In this document: piece after piece, positions 32,661 to 42,664 of the stretch
Layout: every line of letters starts with the position of its first letter
How positions within the stretch are numbered: the first letter of the stretch is position 1
IMG/VR virus record: IMGVR_UViG_3300020579_000013
Span: 1 to 62,441 of that record
Source: a virus
Lineage: Duplodnaviria; Caudoviricetes
DNA: 62,441 nt
Reading direction: 5' to 3' (one strand)
Notes under the pieces: model-generated
What the model saw: the letters and a program-made list of their open reading frames with translations, nothing else
Told to the model about the DNA's origin: nothing
Database searches by the model: none
Made by a program: the position numbers and the translations under genes

Positions 32661-33607
32661 TGCGTTATTGGGTGCGGACGCTTAAAATCCGCGATGCGAT
32701 GGAGCCCCATCAGCTCAAGGAAATCGCAACCGTGGTTCACGATGGGCTGCAGCTTCTGGGCCTGCAGGCCTACCATATCCGGCAGGGCTGGCCCTGTGTC
32801 GGAGACCTGAAGGACGAGCGGCAGATAATCATCGGCGGGAACGTCGGCACCAAGCAGACTCTCATGGGCATCCCCGACAACTCCATCGTCTACAACTTCG
32901 AGCAGGTTGGGAATTTTCACTTCTCGGCGATGTACCTTGAGTTGCTGCGGCGCTGCGAAGTCTGGGACTACAATCACACCAACATCGAACGCCTGAAAAA
33001 GTACGCCATTAATGCGCGCTACGTTCCATTCGGCTACGTGCCGAGCTTGACGGAAGAGTACCGGCCGCAGTGGGACACCGAGGAGTACGACGTCATGTTC
33101 GTCGGCTCGATGTGCTCGGATGTGCGGGTCAAGCTCATCGAGCAGATGCGACAACGCAAACTGAATGTGTTCACTTCGGAGGCCTGTTATGGTCACGCGC
33201 GCGCGGAAGCGTATCAACGCAGTAAAATCGTCCTCAACATGCACTTCCACAAAGAGAAAATCATGGAATCTGTCCGCGTGGGCACAGCGATGGCGAATCG
33301 GAAACCAGTGGTATGCCAGATGGATGTCGACACGTCAGCAGATGCTTTTTTAGTGCCGGGCATGGCATGCGTTCCGTACGACATGCTGGCGGAGACCTGT
33401 GAGCGGCTCGCGCATGATGGCGAGGCGCGGAACAAATTAGCAAGACTCGGGTTCGAGATTTTCTCGGCCCGTAAAATGGATGAAATACTGAGGCCGATAC
33501 TCAATGAACCCCAAAGACCCGTCGCTCTACCCCAAAGTTATGAGCGAGAGAAAAACACTGGAGCTGTTACTTACCGGCGCATATCAGGGACTAGCCCGAT
33601 ACGGTGA
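32660..33607 (+). CDS. GT-B type glycosyltransferase (Glyco_trans_1_2-like)
   Basis: YNFEQ, VWDY, YDVMFVGS..R, SKIVLNMH..E.VR. Confidence 0.8.
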   Translation: MRYWVRTLKIRDAMEPHQLKEIATVVHDGLQLLGLQAYHIRQGWPCVGDLKDERQIIIGGNVGTKQTLMGIPDNSIVYNFEQVGNFHFSAMYLELLRRCEVWDYNHTNIERLKKYAINARYVPFGYVPSLTEEYRPQWDTEEYDVMFVGSMCSDVRVKLIEQMRQRKLNVFTSEACYGHARAEAYQRSKIVLNMHFHKEKIMESVRVGTAMANRKPVVCQMDVDTSADAFLVPGMACVPYDMLAETCERLAHDGEARNKLARLGFEIFSARKMDEILRPILNEPQRPVALPQSYEREKNTGAVTYRRISGTSPIR

Positions 33608-34217
33608 CGGTGATTTTGCCTGCCTGCGAGGGCAGATGGATCGGTATCAGGCGCCAACTCCCGACCTGGCATATGCGCTCGCAGAGGGCCTGCGGCGGCC
33701 GCATCCCGACGTCCTGAACGCAATCATCGCGCCACCGGGGCACGGCACGTTCGTCAATCAGCGGTGGATCTGCTACTTCGAGGCCAATGCCGGCATCATT
33801 CCAATGCTTGATCGCGACTACGAGTATGGCAACGCCAGCTTGAGCCGCATGGACTCGTGCGTGCAGCTGCACACCGAGGAGTGGTGGCTGGAAGTTGCGA
33901 AATTATGGAAGGACCAGGAAGTGACTCTCATACGCGGGTCGGAGCGATCCCTCACCGCGCAGATGATGCTCGAGTCGCCGAACTCTCCGGAGTCCGTGAC
34001 TGAAGTTATTTCTTCGGTGCGCAATGCATGGTCGCACTACGATAGAATTCTCAAAGAGACACGTGACGCTGGACATCAGGTGGTGATACTCTGCACTGGC
34101 CTGGTAGCTCGCCCTCTAGTTCATGCATTGGTTGCGGCGGGCCACAGCGCATTCGATGTCGGGCATTTTGGTTTGTGGTTCAAAGACGGAAAGCCAATTG
34201 AGGTTCCCAGACCGTGA
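33504..34217 (+). CDS. GT-D fold glycosyltransferase (DUF1792-like)
   Basis: LARYGDGD, YQ...LA..L, NAW, DVGH. Confidence 0.75.
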   Translation: MNPKDPSLYPKVMSERKTLELLLTGAYQGLARYGDGDFACLRGQMDRYQAPTPDLAYALAEGLRRPHPDVLNAIIAPPGHGTFVNQRWICYFEANAGIIPMLDRDYEYGNASLSRMDSCVQLHTEEWWLEVAKLWKDQEVTLIRGSERSLTAQMMLESPNSPESVTEVISSVRNAWSHYDRILKETRDAGHQVVILCTGLVARPLVHALVAAGHSAFDVGHFGLWFKDGKPIEVPRP

Positions 34218-34945
34218 GATTTTGTGCCAGCCATATAATTCCGCCGCGCACGCCGCCGCAATTTTACGATCGGCTACTGCCGATACCCATCGATCCGTTC
34301 GATCTTCTTTCGTCGCTGAATGTGCTGCCGCAAGTGATGGACCAAAGCAAGGACAAACTCACTGGGTTTTGTAGCTTTCGAAAGATCGTCGTGCGCGATA
34401 GGCCAGAAGTCGTCCCAGAAGGCGACTGGGTTATACGGCCGGATGGAATCGCCGCGGTGCCGGGTGTCGAGGCTACCCCGCGGCCCAGCCATGATTTCCT
34501 GGTATCGAGACCGTTGAATTTCATAGTCGGCGATCAGTACGCAGCCTGCTGCCACATCGGCGACCTGTTCGCATATCTGGAGCTCGCGGTCGAGATAGGG
34601 TTCTTGCACTACACCGAGACAGCGCCGCTTCTGTCATCGACCCGGTTTGTTCAGGGCGGCATCGAGCAAGGTGTGTACCCTACTGACTTTATCCTGCCTC
34701 TCTATGAGAAAGTCATGGCGCTGAGCCACGAGTTTGTCGCGCGGCACGGCAAGCGGATTCTCGGCTACGATTCTCTGAACCGCCGCGCGCTGCCGTATCT
34801 TGCGGAGCGGATTGAGTCATACTGGTTGCTCAAAGAACTGGATCGCCGCTACGGACAAATCCCGGAGGAAGTGTTTGGGATTTTGCTGGACGTAGAGCTG
34901 CCGGGTCATAAGTTCGAGCCGGCCCGTGCTACGTCCATGCCCTGA
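34214..34945 (+). CDS. DUF4422-like glycosyltransferase-related protein
   Basis: GFCSFRK, DQY...H, R...YLAERI. Confidence 0.5.
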   Translation: MRFCASHIIPPRTPPQFYDRLLPIPIDPFDLLSSLNVLPQVMDQSKDKLTGFCSFRKIVVRDRPEVVPEGDWVIRPDGIAAVPGVEATPRPSHDFLVSRPLNFIVGDQYAACCHIGDLFAYLELAVEIGFLHYTETAPLLSSTRFVQGGIEQGVYPTDFILPLYEKVMALSHEFVARHGKRILGYDSLNRRALPYLAERIESYWLLKELDRRYGQIPEEVFGILLDVELPGHKFEPARATSMP

Positions 34946-36341
34946 CCGGCATCCCCGCCCGGCGCGGCCGCGGTTTGCCATCTGCGATTACGCGCGCGCT
35001 GTAATTTCCCGTGGCTCCAAGCGCTGCATACTGCAGACAGTCAGCAAGATCCGACGCGGGATGGGACTTTTCTGGCTTGTCGTCGAGGTCGCCCGTTTGT
35101 TTGCGGCGGTATCGATACTCGAATTTAAGCGCCCGAACGAGAAGCGGACAGGCGGCCCCGTCTATCACTACCGCGGGACCTCCGTCGACGTTGCGCAAAA
35201 AGAGCTGTTCGACAGCCCGAAGCCGGGTCTCAATATCGTTGCTTGGCGCCGCATAAGCCGCGAACCCAAGTCGCTTCAGAGCATCAAATGGCGACTCCTC
35301 GTTGACCTGCGACTTCTGTCGGCCTGCTGGATCCGCGACCATAAAAATGGGGAAGCCGGGAAACTTACGCGCAAGATGCGGCTTCAGAAGCGTCTGAAGG
35401 AATTGTTCCAGGCCCATATCGGTCGACGTCTGTTCGGCGAGAATCAGCAGACGGCCGCGTACGTCGACTTGAGTTATGAGACCTGCCGGCGTGCGGCCGA
35501 AATCCTGGCCAATCATGAGGGGATACCCGGTTACGCACTGAAGGCCGCCATTCACGACATGAAACTCCGGGCGGAACGAGGAGCGAAAGACCGCCTGACC
35601 TGAGAGAGATTTGCCATACTTGGCGTCAATATGGACGTCGCACCAGTCTTTCGTGTTGGACATCTTCAGGTCGTCGTAATAACCGGCTCGAAGGTTCGCG
35701 ATATTTTCCGCCGCGGGATCGAGGCCGCCCGGTTGTTTGTAGACCCGCCAGTTCTGCGGGAGCTCGAGCTCCATCCGGATGTACCAATCGGAGTCCTCGT
35801 CGGGCGGGTTCGACTCGGCGATCACACCCTGCCATTTATTTTCCTCGACGCCGAGAGCACGGAAGCGGCCGCATCGTCCGTACAGAGCTTCGAGGATTGG
35901 TATCGGGACTTCGCGAAATTCCGAGACCCATCCGCCGGTGATGTTGAGTGACAGCAATCGCTGTATGTCGGCCTGGGTGTCGAGTGGGATCAGCAGCCAG
36001 TCGGACTCGACTTTGGTGCCGTCCGCGAGATTGAAGCGGATCTGCACAACTGAGTCGGTGACTTTGAAGTTCATGATCGGCGTAAGCCACTTCTTGATGT
36101 CTTCCAACACGGTTTGGCGTAGCTGGGCTGCAGTGTTGCGGACCACTACGAAACGCGTCTTACGAGTTCCTTTGTGATCGGGATATTCTTCGCTTGCGCG
36201 CTTGAGCAGCTCCATGATGCAGCCGGTGGTTTTGCCGGAGCCCCAGGGACCGAGGATTAGACGTACCGCGGCCTTGTTGTCCTTCATGAAGCGTTCGATC
36301 GTCGGCGGCACCTTATAGGTGACGGCACTATTCTGGGTCAT
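34929..36341 (-). CDS. terL: Terminase large subunit
   Basis: GPWGSGKTT, VVRNT, ESNPP, GQDFGRTP, ADPAG, SDLADCLQY. Confidence 0.92.
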   Translation of the reverse strand: MTQNSAVTYKVPPTIERFMKDNKAAVRLILGPWGSGKTTGCIMELLKRASEEYPDHKGTRKTRFVVVRNTAAQLRQTVLEDIKKWLTPIMNFKVTDSVVQIRFNLADGTKVESDWLLIPLDTQADIQRLLSLNITGGWVSEFREVPIPILEALYGRCGRFRALGVEENKWQGVIAESNPPDEDSDWYIRMELELPQNWRVYKQPGGLDPAAENIANLRAGYYDDLKMSNTKDWCDVHIDAKYGKSLSGQAVFRSSFRPEFHVVNGGLQCVTGYPLMIGQDFGRTPAGLITQVDVRGRLLILAEQTSTDMGLEQFLQTLLKPHLARKFPGFPIFMVADPAGRQKSQVNEESPFDALKRLGFAAYAAPSNDIETRLRAVEQLFLRNVDGGPAVVIDGAACPLLVRALKFEYRYRRKQTGDLDDKPEKSHPASDLADCLQYAALGATGNYSARVIADGKPRPRRAGMPVRAWT

Positions 36342-36822
36342 TTGCTTTTCCGTCGATGGTGACTTTCTGGTCGTTCCCAAATTGTATGTTCAGCGTGAAT
36401 CCCTGCTGCGCCGGCGCGGCGTTTGGGACGGCCTTGGCAGAGCGACCGGCCAGATCGGCCAGAGTCTGTATGGCGTCAATACGCGAGGCCACCGGAGTGG
36501 AGGTGTCTTTCGCCATCAGATAAAGCTCGGGTAGGGCATCCTCGAGCGCTATTTCTGCTTTTTTGGTTATTCGCTGGCCGGCGGCGAGCGGGCCGCGGAA
36601 AGTCTGGAGCGCGTCGCGCACCATGCCGCGGAACATGGGGTTGGTCCGCATCGTATCCCACTGACCCTTGGTCAGGCCGTAGCGCTTACGGATATCCTCC
36701 GGGCCGCATAGCTCAGCTGCGAGCTCGGCGGCAATGGAGGCTTTCAGGTCACCCAGTTCGATGGCTGTGCCCGTACCGGGGACTGTCACCGAGGTATTGG
36801 CAGAGCCAGTCTCGTCGGACAT
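36328..36822 (-). CDS. terS: Terminase small subunit
   Basis: Directly upstream of terL; HTH-like region; FTLNIQF tail. Confidence 0.65.
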   Translation of the reverse strand: MSDETGSANTSVTVPGTGTAIELGDLKASIAAELAAELCGPEDIRKRYGLTKGQWDTMRTNPMFRGMVRDALQTFRGPLAAGQRITKKAEIALEDALPELYLMAKDTSTPVASRIDAIQTLADLAGRSAKAVPNAAPAQQGFTLNIQFGNDQKVTIDGKANDPE

Positions 36823-36889
36823 CTTGTGTTTCCAAAGTGGATCGTCCAGACTAGGGTAACTGGTAACATCCATCATCGCAAGGCACCCC

Positions 36890-37297
36890 ATGTCAAACCT
36901 ATCCAGAAAGCTGATCGCGTTAATTACCGGTCTTTTGGTGGCAGGCTCAATTTCTGCATCGAATCTCGAAGCGTTCACATATCTGGCCAATACGGCTAAT
37001 GCAACGGCGGCGTCGACAACTGCGAACGTGCAGATTCCGCTTCCGTCTCCGCTTCCGAGTTCCAGCATTCAGGTTGAAGTAGTGAATCCTTCGAGCGAGA
37101 CAATTTTTGTTAAGTTCGGCCCCACCAGCGCGGTAACTGCGTCAGTCTCTACTTCACTACCGATTCCTGCTAATTCAGCGCAGATTCTTACGGTTCCGTT
37201 CCAGGTTCAGTCGGCTCCAGGAACGCTTTATGTAGCGATCATTGCTGCAGCCGGCGCATCGGCGCCCGCGTACTTCACTGTCGGAGTCGGACACTAG
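36890..37297 (+). CDS. Beta-rich probable virion protein with signal-like N-terminus
   Basis: First gene of the structural operon. Confidence 0.65.
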   Translation: MSNLSRKLIALITGLLVAGSISASNLEAFTYLANTANATAASTTANVQIPLPSPLPSSSIQVEVVNPSSETIFVKFGPTSAVTASVSTSLPIPANSAQILTVPFQVQSAPGTLYVAIIAAAGASAPAYFTVGVGH

Positions 37298-37300
37298 TAA

Positions 37301-40090
37301 ATGGCTGCGCCCGTTAATTTCTCGAATTCGCTCGACAATAACCGCATGGCGAATATTCGGGCGTTGCCCGTGATGCCCCGCGGCGGTTCCGGCCAGCCGA
37401 ACTACAATCCGCAGAGCGGCCTTCCTCAGCAAATGCCTTCCGTTCCCGGTCGCGCGCTCACGCGCATGCTGTCGCCGGACCAAGTTGCGCAGCGCGAGGA
37501 ACAGCAGTCTCTGGCGAATCAGCCGTCACAGAATCCTGACTGGCAGAATGATCCGAGCGTCCTTGAGATTGCCAAGCACGTCCGATACCGCATGTATGAA
37601 ATGCGGAACTTCCGTAACATGATGGGCATAGGCCAAAGGCTGATTGATGCGCTGCGAACCTACAAAGGACAGTATGATCCCGCCCGACTTCGAGACATCA
37701 AAGCATTCGGCGGATCAGACGTGTTCGCCCGGATTGTCCCCGGAAAGTGCCGCGGCGCAACGTCTCTGCTCCGTGATATCTATCTCGGAGCTGAACGACC
37801 TTGGGATATTTCGCCTACTCCAGAACCTGAAGTTCCAGGGGATATCGAGCAGGCGATCCAAGGGCTCGTAGCCGCCGAGATTGCGCAGTGCCAGAAACAG
37901 CTTCAATTGATGCAGGCCCAGGCTGCTGCGATGCAACAGGCTCAGCAGATAGCCATGCAGATGGCACCCCAGGTCGCACAGCAGAACCAGCAGATTGGTC
38001 TGAACCAACAGGCCGGAGAGGCTGGGCAAGCCATTCAGACGGCTCAGGCAGCCCAGGGCACGCAGCAGGGGCCCGCCGCCCAGGCCGGTGCCGAACACGC
38101 CGTACAGGCCGCGCAGCAGGCCCAGATGGCCGCACAGCTACCGCCGCCTCCCCAGATGCCGCCGCAGCCGGCAATGCCGCAAGGCACTCCCCAGCCGCCG
38201 CCAGGGCAGCCGTGGGCAGGTCCGCTTGCACCAGAGTCGCCCGCCGGTATGCCGGGACAGATGCCACAGATGCCGACGTCGGACCAAATCGAGGAGCGGG
38301 TCAACCAGCTTCGCGAAGCGGCACGGAAAGCGGCAAAAAAGAACGCCGTCAAGGAAGCAAAGTCTGCCGCCGAAGAGTTGGACGAGCTTCTGACAACCGG
38401 CAATTTTTATGATGCATTAGCTGAGTTTCTGATCGATTTACCGATCTTTCCGTTCGCGGCACTTAAAGGCCCGACGGTTCGAATGTGCTCCCAGGTCAAG
38501 TGGGTGAATGGCTCGCCGGTGCGCAAGCAGGTTCCCAAGATGTTCTGGAGCCGAGTTTCTCCCTTCGACCTTTACTGGACGCCCACCGCGCATAACGTAC
38601 ATGAAGCAGAATTTGTCGAACGACTTCGCCTCACGCGGGCTGACCTGCTGGCCTGTAAGGGTCTCCCCGGCTACAACGACGATGCTATTTCCCAGTGCCT
38701 CGATCGATTCCATGATCGGGGGTTTCGGGAGTGGTGGGACGTGGTTGATGTCGAGCGGGCCCTCCTCGAGAATCGCGAGGCATGGCCCCGCACCTCGAGC
38801 TCACTAATAGATACGGCGGAATACCACGGCAGTGTGTCAGGAAAGACACTAATTGAGTGGGGAATGGATCCCCAACAAGTCCCTGATCCTGAACAGGAAT
38901 ATCGCGTGACGGCCTGGTTGATCGACCGGTTTGTGATCAAAACGCAACTCGATCCGACACCCTCGCAGCGTGCTCCTTACTATGTCTCTCAGTTCGAAAA
39001 GATCCCTGGAACGATGTACGGCTATGGCCTTCCCGACCTACTGGAAGATGTCCAGACTGTCGCTAATGCTTCTTATCGCGCTCTTGTGAATAACATGGGC
39101 ATCGCCTCCGGTCCGCAGGTCGTGATCAATGACGCCGTGATGTCGCCGGGAGAAGACGATGCGATGTATCCCTGGAAGCGCTGGCACGTCAGTTACGATC
39201 CGATGATGGCATCCAGCGGTATGCAGCCGATTTCGTTTTACCAGCCCGATTCGCGCGCGCAGGAGATCCAGGGCCTGATTGCAAATCTGAACCTGATGGC
39301 CGATGATGTGTCGGCAATTCCCCGCTATATGACGGGTGGATCGCAAGGTGGCGGCGCGGGCCGCACCGCATCTGGTTTGTCGATGCTGATGTCGAACGCT
39401 GCCAAGACCCTGCAGAATGTGGCTGCTTCGATCGACCGCGACGTCTTCGAACCATTGCTGAAACACCTCTACGAAACGATTATGCTCACGATGCCGGGCG
39501 TGTTCCGCGGCGACGAGAGCGTTGTTGTGAAGGGTGTGACGTACGCTGTGAAGCGTGAACAGGATCGCACGCGACAGCTCGAGTTCCTAAACATGACGTC
39601 GAACCCGACGGACATGAAGATCGTCGGAATCTCCGGACGGTCCAAGGTTCTCGGCGCGGTGGCGAATTCGATCGGTCTCGACTGGGACAATATCGTTCCG
39701 GACGATGCCTCGATGGAAGCGGCACAGGCCCAACAGCAGCAGGTGGAGCAGCAAGAACAGGAAGCGCACGAGCAGCAGATGGCGGCTCAGGCGCAAGCTC
39801 GGACGCTCGAAGCGATGGAGCACGCGAATTTGTACGCAGCGCAGGCGCAGCTACAGGTGCCGCTACCGGGAACTCCGGGGCAGCACACAGCTTCGCCTCT
39901 ACCGCCGCCGGGGCCGCAGCAAAATGGCGCGGCCGCCGCAGCGATACCGCCGCGAAACCCGCATGGGATGTCGCACGGCGGCATGTATGCAGGGCAGAAG
40001 CCGCATCCGAAGGGCAGCCTGACGACGGCACAGTTGAATGGAACCCAGCAACCGTTTGCGCGGCGGCCGGGAATGAAACCAGGAGCGTGA
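37301..40090 (+). CDS. Portal protein with Gln/Pro-rich insertion and tail
   Basis: RVSPFDLY, YGYGLPDLLEDVQ, NMGIASGPQV, RTASGLSMLM; position before scaffold and capsid. Confidence 0.88.
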   Translation: MAAPVNFSNSLDNNRMANIRALPVMPRGGSGQPNYNPQSGLPQQMPSVPGRALTRMLSPDQVAQREEQQSLANQPSQNPDWQNDPSVLEIAKHVRYRMYEMRNFRNMMGIGQRLIDALRTYKGQYDPARLRDIKAFGGSDVFARIVPGKCRGATSLLRDIYLGAERPWDISPTPEPEVPGDIEQAIQGLVAAEIAQCQKQLQLMQAQAAAMQQAQQIAMQMAPQVAQQNQQIGLNQQAGEAGQAIQTAQAAQGTQQGPAAQAGAEHAVQAAQQAQMAAQLPPPPQMPPQPAMPQGTPQPPPGQPWAGPLAPESPAGMPGQMPQMPTSDQIEERVNQLREAARKAAKKNAVKEAKSAAEELDELLTTGNFYDALAEFLIDLPIFPFAALKGPTVRMCSQVKWVNGSPVRKQVPKMFWSRVSPFDLYWTPTAHNVHEAEFVERLRLTRADLLACKGLPGYNDDAISQCLDRFHDRGFREWWDVVDVERALLENREAWPRTSSSLIDTAEYHGSVSGKTLIEWGMDPQQVPDPEQEYRVTAWLIDRFVIKTQLDPTPSQRAPYYVSQFEKIPGTMYGYGLPDLLEDVQTVANASYRALVNNMGIASGPQVVINDAVMSPGEDDAMYPWKRWHVSYDPMMASSGMQPISFYQPDSRAQEIQGLIANLNLMADDVSAIPRYMTGGSQGGGAGRTASGLSMLMSNAAKTLQNVAASIDRDVFEPLLKHLYETIMLTMPGVFRGDESVVVKGVTYAVKREQDRTRQLEFLNMTSNPTDMKIVGISGRSKVLGAVANSIGLDWDNIVPDDASMEAAQAQQQQVEQQEQEAHEQQMAAQAQARTLEAMEHANLYAAQAQLQVPLPGTPGQHTASPLPPPGPQQNGAAAAAIPPRNPHGMSHGGMYAGQKPHPKGSLTTAQLNGTQQPFARRPGMKPGA

Positions 40091-40091
40091 C

Positions 40092-40526
40092 ATGCAGAAA
40101 AAGCACACATTTAGCCCGAACCACAAAGTGGTCACGGATTCGAAGCACAACTTTCATCCGCACGGCGCACCGACAACGGCGAGCATGGGCGCACCCCCGA
40201 AGTCGATTGGCGGCGGTGGGGGCGAGCAACCCGGTGGCGATGCTGACGGTGACAACGACGGAACTCAGGGCGGCAATACGAGCGGCCTGAATTTCTGCAA
40301 CGGCGGCATGAAGTATGCCGATGGTGGCAACATTTTTGAGCGCGCTGGCGAAGCCGTAAGCCGCGGCGCCGACAAGCTGTTCAATAGCGCGTCGAATCAG
40401 TATGATACCGCGCATACGAAGCCCTCTATGCCGCTTGCGGCGGAGGATCAGTCCAGCCCCGGTGCTGGTGTCGGTGGCGCACAGCGCACCAAAAATCAGA
40501 TGGATGAAGCGGACAAGGCAGGCTGA
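40092..40526 (+). CDS. Gly-rich head-associated protein (YADGG)
   Basis: AGGAG RBS. Confidence 0.65.
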   Translation: MQKKHTFSPNHKVVTDSKHNFHPHGAPTTASMGAPPKSIGGGGGEQPGGDADGDNDGTQGGNTSGLNFCNGGMKYADGGNIFERAGEAVSRGADKLFNSASNQYDTAHTKPSMPLAAEDQSSPGAGVGGAQRTKNQMDEADKAG

Positions 40527-40527
40527 A

Positions 40528-40800
40528 ATGATCAAGAAACAACCTGACGAAGACAAAGTGCATAAGCTCGTCAACGAGTTTAGCGGCGGCGATCCTTCTC
40601 CTACATGGGAGGATAAGCTGAAGAATCAGATGGGCTACGGCCGGACATCCGACCTGGCGAAGAAGATCCATGGTTGGAGTAGCGGCGGCGACAAGCACGG
40701 CGCGCAAGACCAGGAACAACTGTTATCTGACTTGGGCGTGAAATCCACGACTGAAAGTGATCGTCCGGAGAAAGCAGCCGGCAGCAAGAAGATCGTTTAA
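40528..40800 (+). CDS. Hypothetical protein
   Basis: MIKKQPD start after upstream stop. Confidence 0.6.
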   Translation: MIKKQPDEDKVHKLVNEFSGGDPSPTWEDKLKNQMGYGRTSDLAKKIHGWSSGGDKHGAQDQEQLLSDLGVKSTTESDRPEKAAGSKKIV

Positions 40801-40813
40801 CCAGGAGATCGAA

Positions 40814-41209
40814 ATGGGTAAGATTGACGAGAATGTATACAAGGGCGCCGGCTCCAAGTCCAGTCAGGATGAAGACGCAGGCTCCAACAAAAAGAAGGAT
40901 GGCGGCGGTTCTACGAAGACCTCCCCTCCGGCTATGGAGAAGGACTCGCATGCTGCCAGCCCCGGCAAGAGCAAGTTCTACGGTCCGACCGACGGTAACG
41001 CGGATCGGAACGTCGACCTGACTGACGCAGACGGCGGCGGAAGCGGCGAGAGCCATCCGTATAGCTGCGACAGTCCGTTCATCGGCGAGACGAAGGGCAA
41101 TAAAGATCGCCCGAGCGATATCTCGCGCGGCACCGGTGGTAAGGAAGGCGGCAAGTATATCGCCGGCCGTGGCAACAAGGTGTTCAAAGGCAACAAGGGT
41201 GGTTTCTAA
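40814..41209 (+). CDS. Hydrophilic Gly/Lys-rich protein
   Basis: AGGAG RBS. Confidence 0.65.
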   Translation: MGKIDENVYKGAGSKSSQDEDAGSNKKKDGGGSTKTSPPAMEKDSHAASPGKSKFYGPTDGNADRNVDLTDADGGGSGESHPYSCDSPFIGETKGNKDRPSDISRGTGGKEGGKYIAGRGNKVFKGNKGGF

Positions 41210-41212
41210 CCC

Positions 41213-41515
41213 GTGAAGCTGACAGTCGAGCTGGCGGACGCAATACTTAAGCTGCGTCCGTATCCAGCGTTTCAGAAGTTTTTGGAAGGAATCAATCAAG
41301 ACGGCATCGAAGCAATGCTGAATCTTGTGAAGGCCCGAGGTGACGCTATCGGACCGTTGCAAGGTAAGGCAGAGGAAGCTCAGAGCATCCTCGGCGCGGT
41401 CGGGCAGGCTGATCAATTCCTAGAGAAGATCGCAGCGAATCAACAACGTAACACAGGAGAAGACGGCCATGTCCGCTCTACCAAACCGCATCAGGCAGCA
41501 AGCAGAATTAGCTAA
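41213..41515 (+). CDS. Conserved small protein upstream of scaffold
   Basis: F.KFLE...LQGKA pattern. Confidence 0.65.
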   Translation: MKLTVELADAILKLRPYPAFQKFLEGINQDGIEAMLNLVKARGDAIGPLQGKAEEAQSILGAVGQADQFLEKIAANQQRNTGEDGHVRSTKPHQAASRIS

Positions 41516-42635
41516 CCAACTCGCCGCCAAGGCGAAATCCGGCACGCTCACGCTCGAAGATATGAACGCGACGTCGCCGGCCGCCGCCCCGCAAGGGCAG
41601 CAACCAATGCCGTCGACATTCCAGCCGCAGCCGGCCGGAGAAGTCGTCCCCGGTCTCGGCACTCCCGGATTCAATCCGCAGCCACCCGACAAACCAAACG
41701 CCGCGCAGGCTCGCGCGCCGGCGCCCGCGGCGGCCCCAGCCGACGATCAGGCGGAGCACCGCTACCGTGTACTGCAGGGCAAATATAACGCTGAGGTTCC
41801 CCGCCTGCAGTCGCAGCTGAAGGACCAGCAGCAACGGTTCGAAGCCATGCAGAACCAGCTCTCGGCGACGCAAAACCTGCTCGCGAGCTTGGGAACGCAG
41901 CAGGCACAGCCGCCTCATTTGGTGCAACCAGCACCCCAACCGAGTCTCGTAACACCTAAAGAAGTGACCGAGTTCGGTGCCGATCTTTACGATTTTGTGA
42001 AGCGTGCAGCCCAAGAAGTGGTCGCGCCTCAAGTTCACTCCCTCGAGGAGCGATTCCGTCCTGTAGCACAGACCGTCCAGCAACTTGCTCCCGCTGTTCA
42101 GCAAAACCGGGAAGACACCGCGCGGACGTCGGCCGATGTGGCCCACGAAAAGATGTGCAATGGGCTGGATGATCTCGCCGCGGGATGGGAGACGATCAAT
42201 ACGTCTCCTGAGTTCCAGGCATGGCTCGACGAAGTAGACCCCTATGCAGGGGCGAAACGTGGTGCTATGCTGGCTCAAGCGTATGGAAGTGGTGACGTTA
42301 CCCGCGTCGCGCATTTCTTTACAGGCTTTCAGAAAGAACACGCAGCCGTAGCTCCCAGTGGGCAGCAGCCGCAGCCGGCAGCGCAGGGCACAAATCCTGG
42401 CGCTACACCGAATGTGAGTCTCGCATCCCTGGCAGCACCGGGCACCGGAGTCGGTGGTCCTGGAGCAGGCAGCACTCCTAACGAGTCTGGTCAACAACGG
42501 GTTTACACCCAGTCCGAGATAGCTGCTTTCTATACGGATGTTCGAAAAGGCGCGTACCGCGGCAGAGATGCTGACAAGGTCGCGATTGAAAAGGACATCT
42601 TCTTAGCGCAGAAACAGGGCAGGGTACGTCCGTAA
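41469..42635 (+). CDS. Capsid scaffolding protein
   Basis: YRVLQGKYNAEVPRL coiled coil, W..IN..PEF..WL, I..AQKQGRV; precedes capsid gene. Confidence 0.8.
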   Translation: MSALPNRIRQQAELANQLAAKAKSGTLTLEDMNATSPAAAPQGQQPMPSTFQPQPAGEVVPGLGTPGFNPQPPDKPNAAQARAPAPAAAPADDQAEHRYRVLQGKYNAEVPRLQSQLKDQQQRFEAMQNQLSATQNLLASLGTQQAQPPHLVQPAPQPSLVTPKEVTEFGADLYDFVKRAAQEVVAPQVHSLEERFRPVAQTVQQLAPAVQQNREDTARTSADVAHEKMCNGLDDLAAGWETINTSPEFQAWLDEVDPYAGAKRGAMLAQAYGSGDVTRVAHFFTGFQKEHAAVAPSGQQPQPAAQGTNPGATPNVSLASLAAPGTGVGGPGAGSTPNESGQQRVYTQSEIAAFYTDVRKGAYRGRDADKVAIEKDIFLAQKQGRVRP

Positions 42636-42664
42636 CAAGATTTTTGTGATAGGAGTTTCCTGAC

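Noticed and set aside
34926-35603. Long antisense ORFs (34926-35603, 39486-40574, 41508-42497, 59529-60611, 19817-20719)
   Set aside because: They are shadows of well-supported genes on the other strand in GC-rich DNA and have no motifs.
36823-37068. N-terminal extension of terS given in the ORF track
   Set aside because: It overlaps the divergent gene at 36890; ATG 36822 is the more plausible start.
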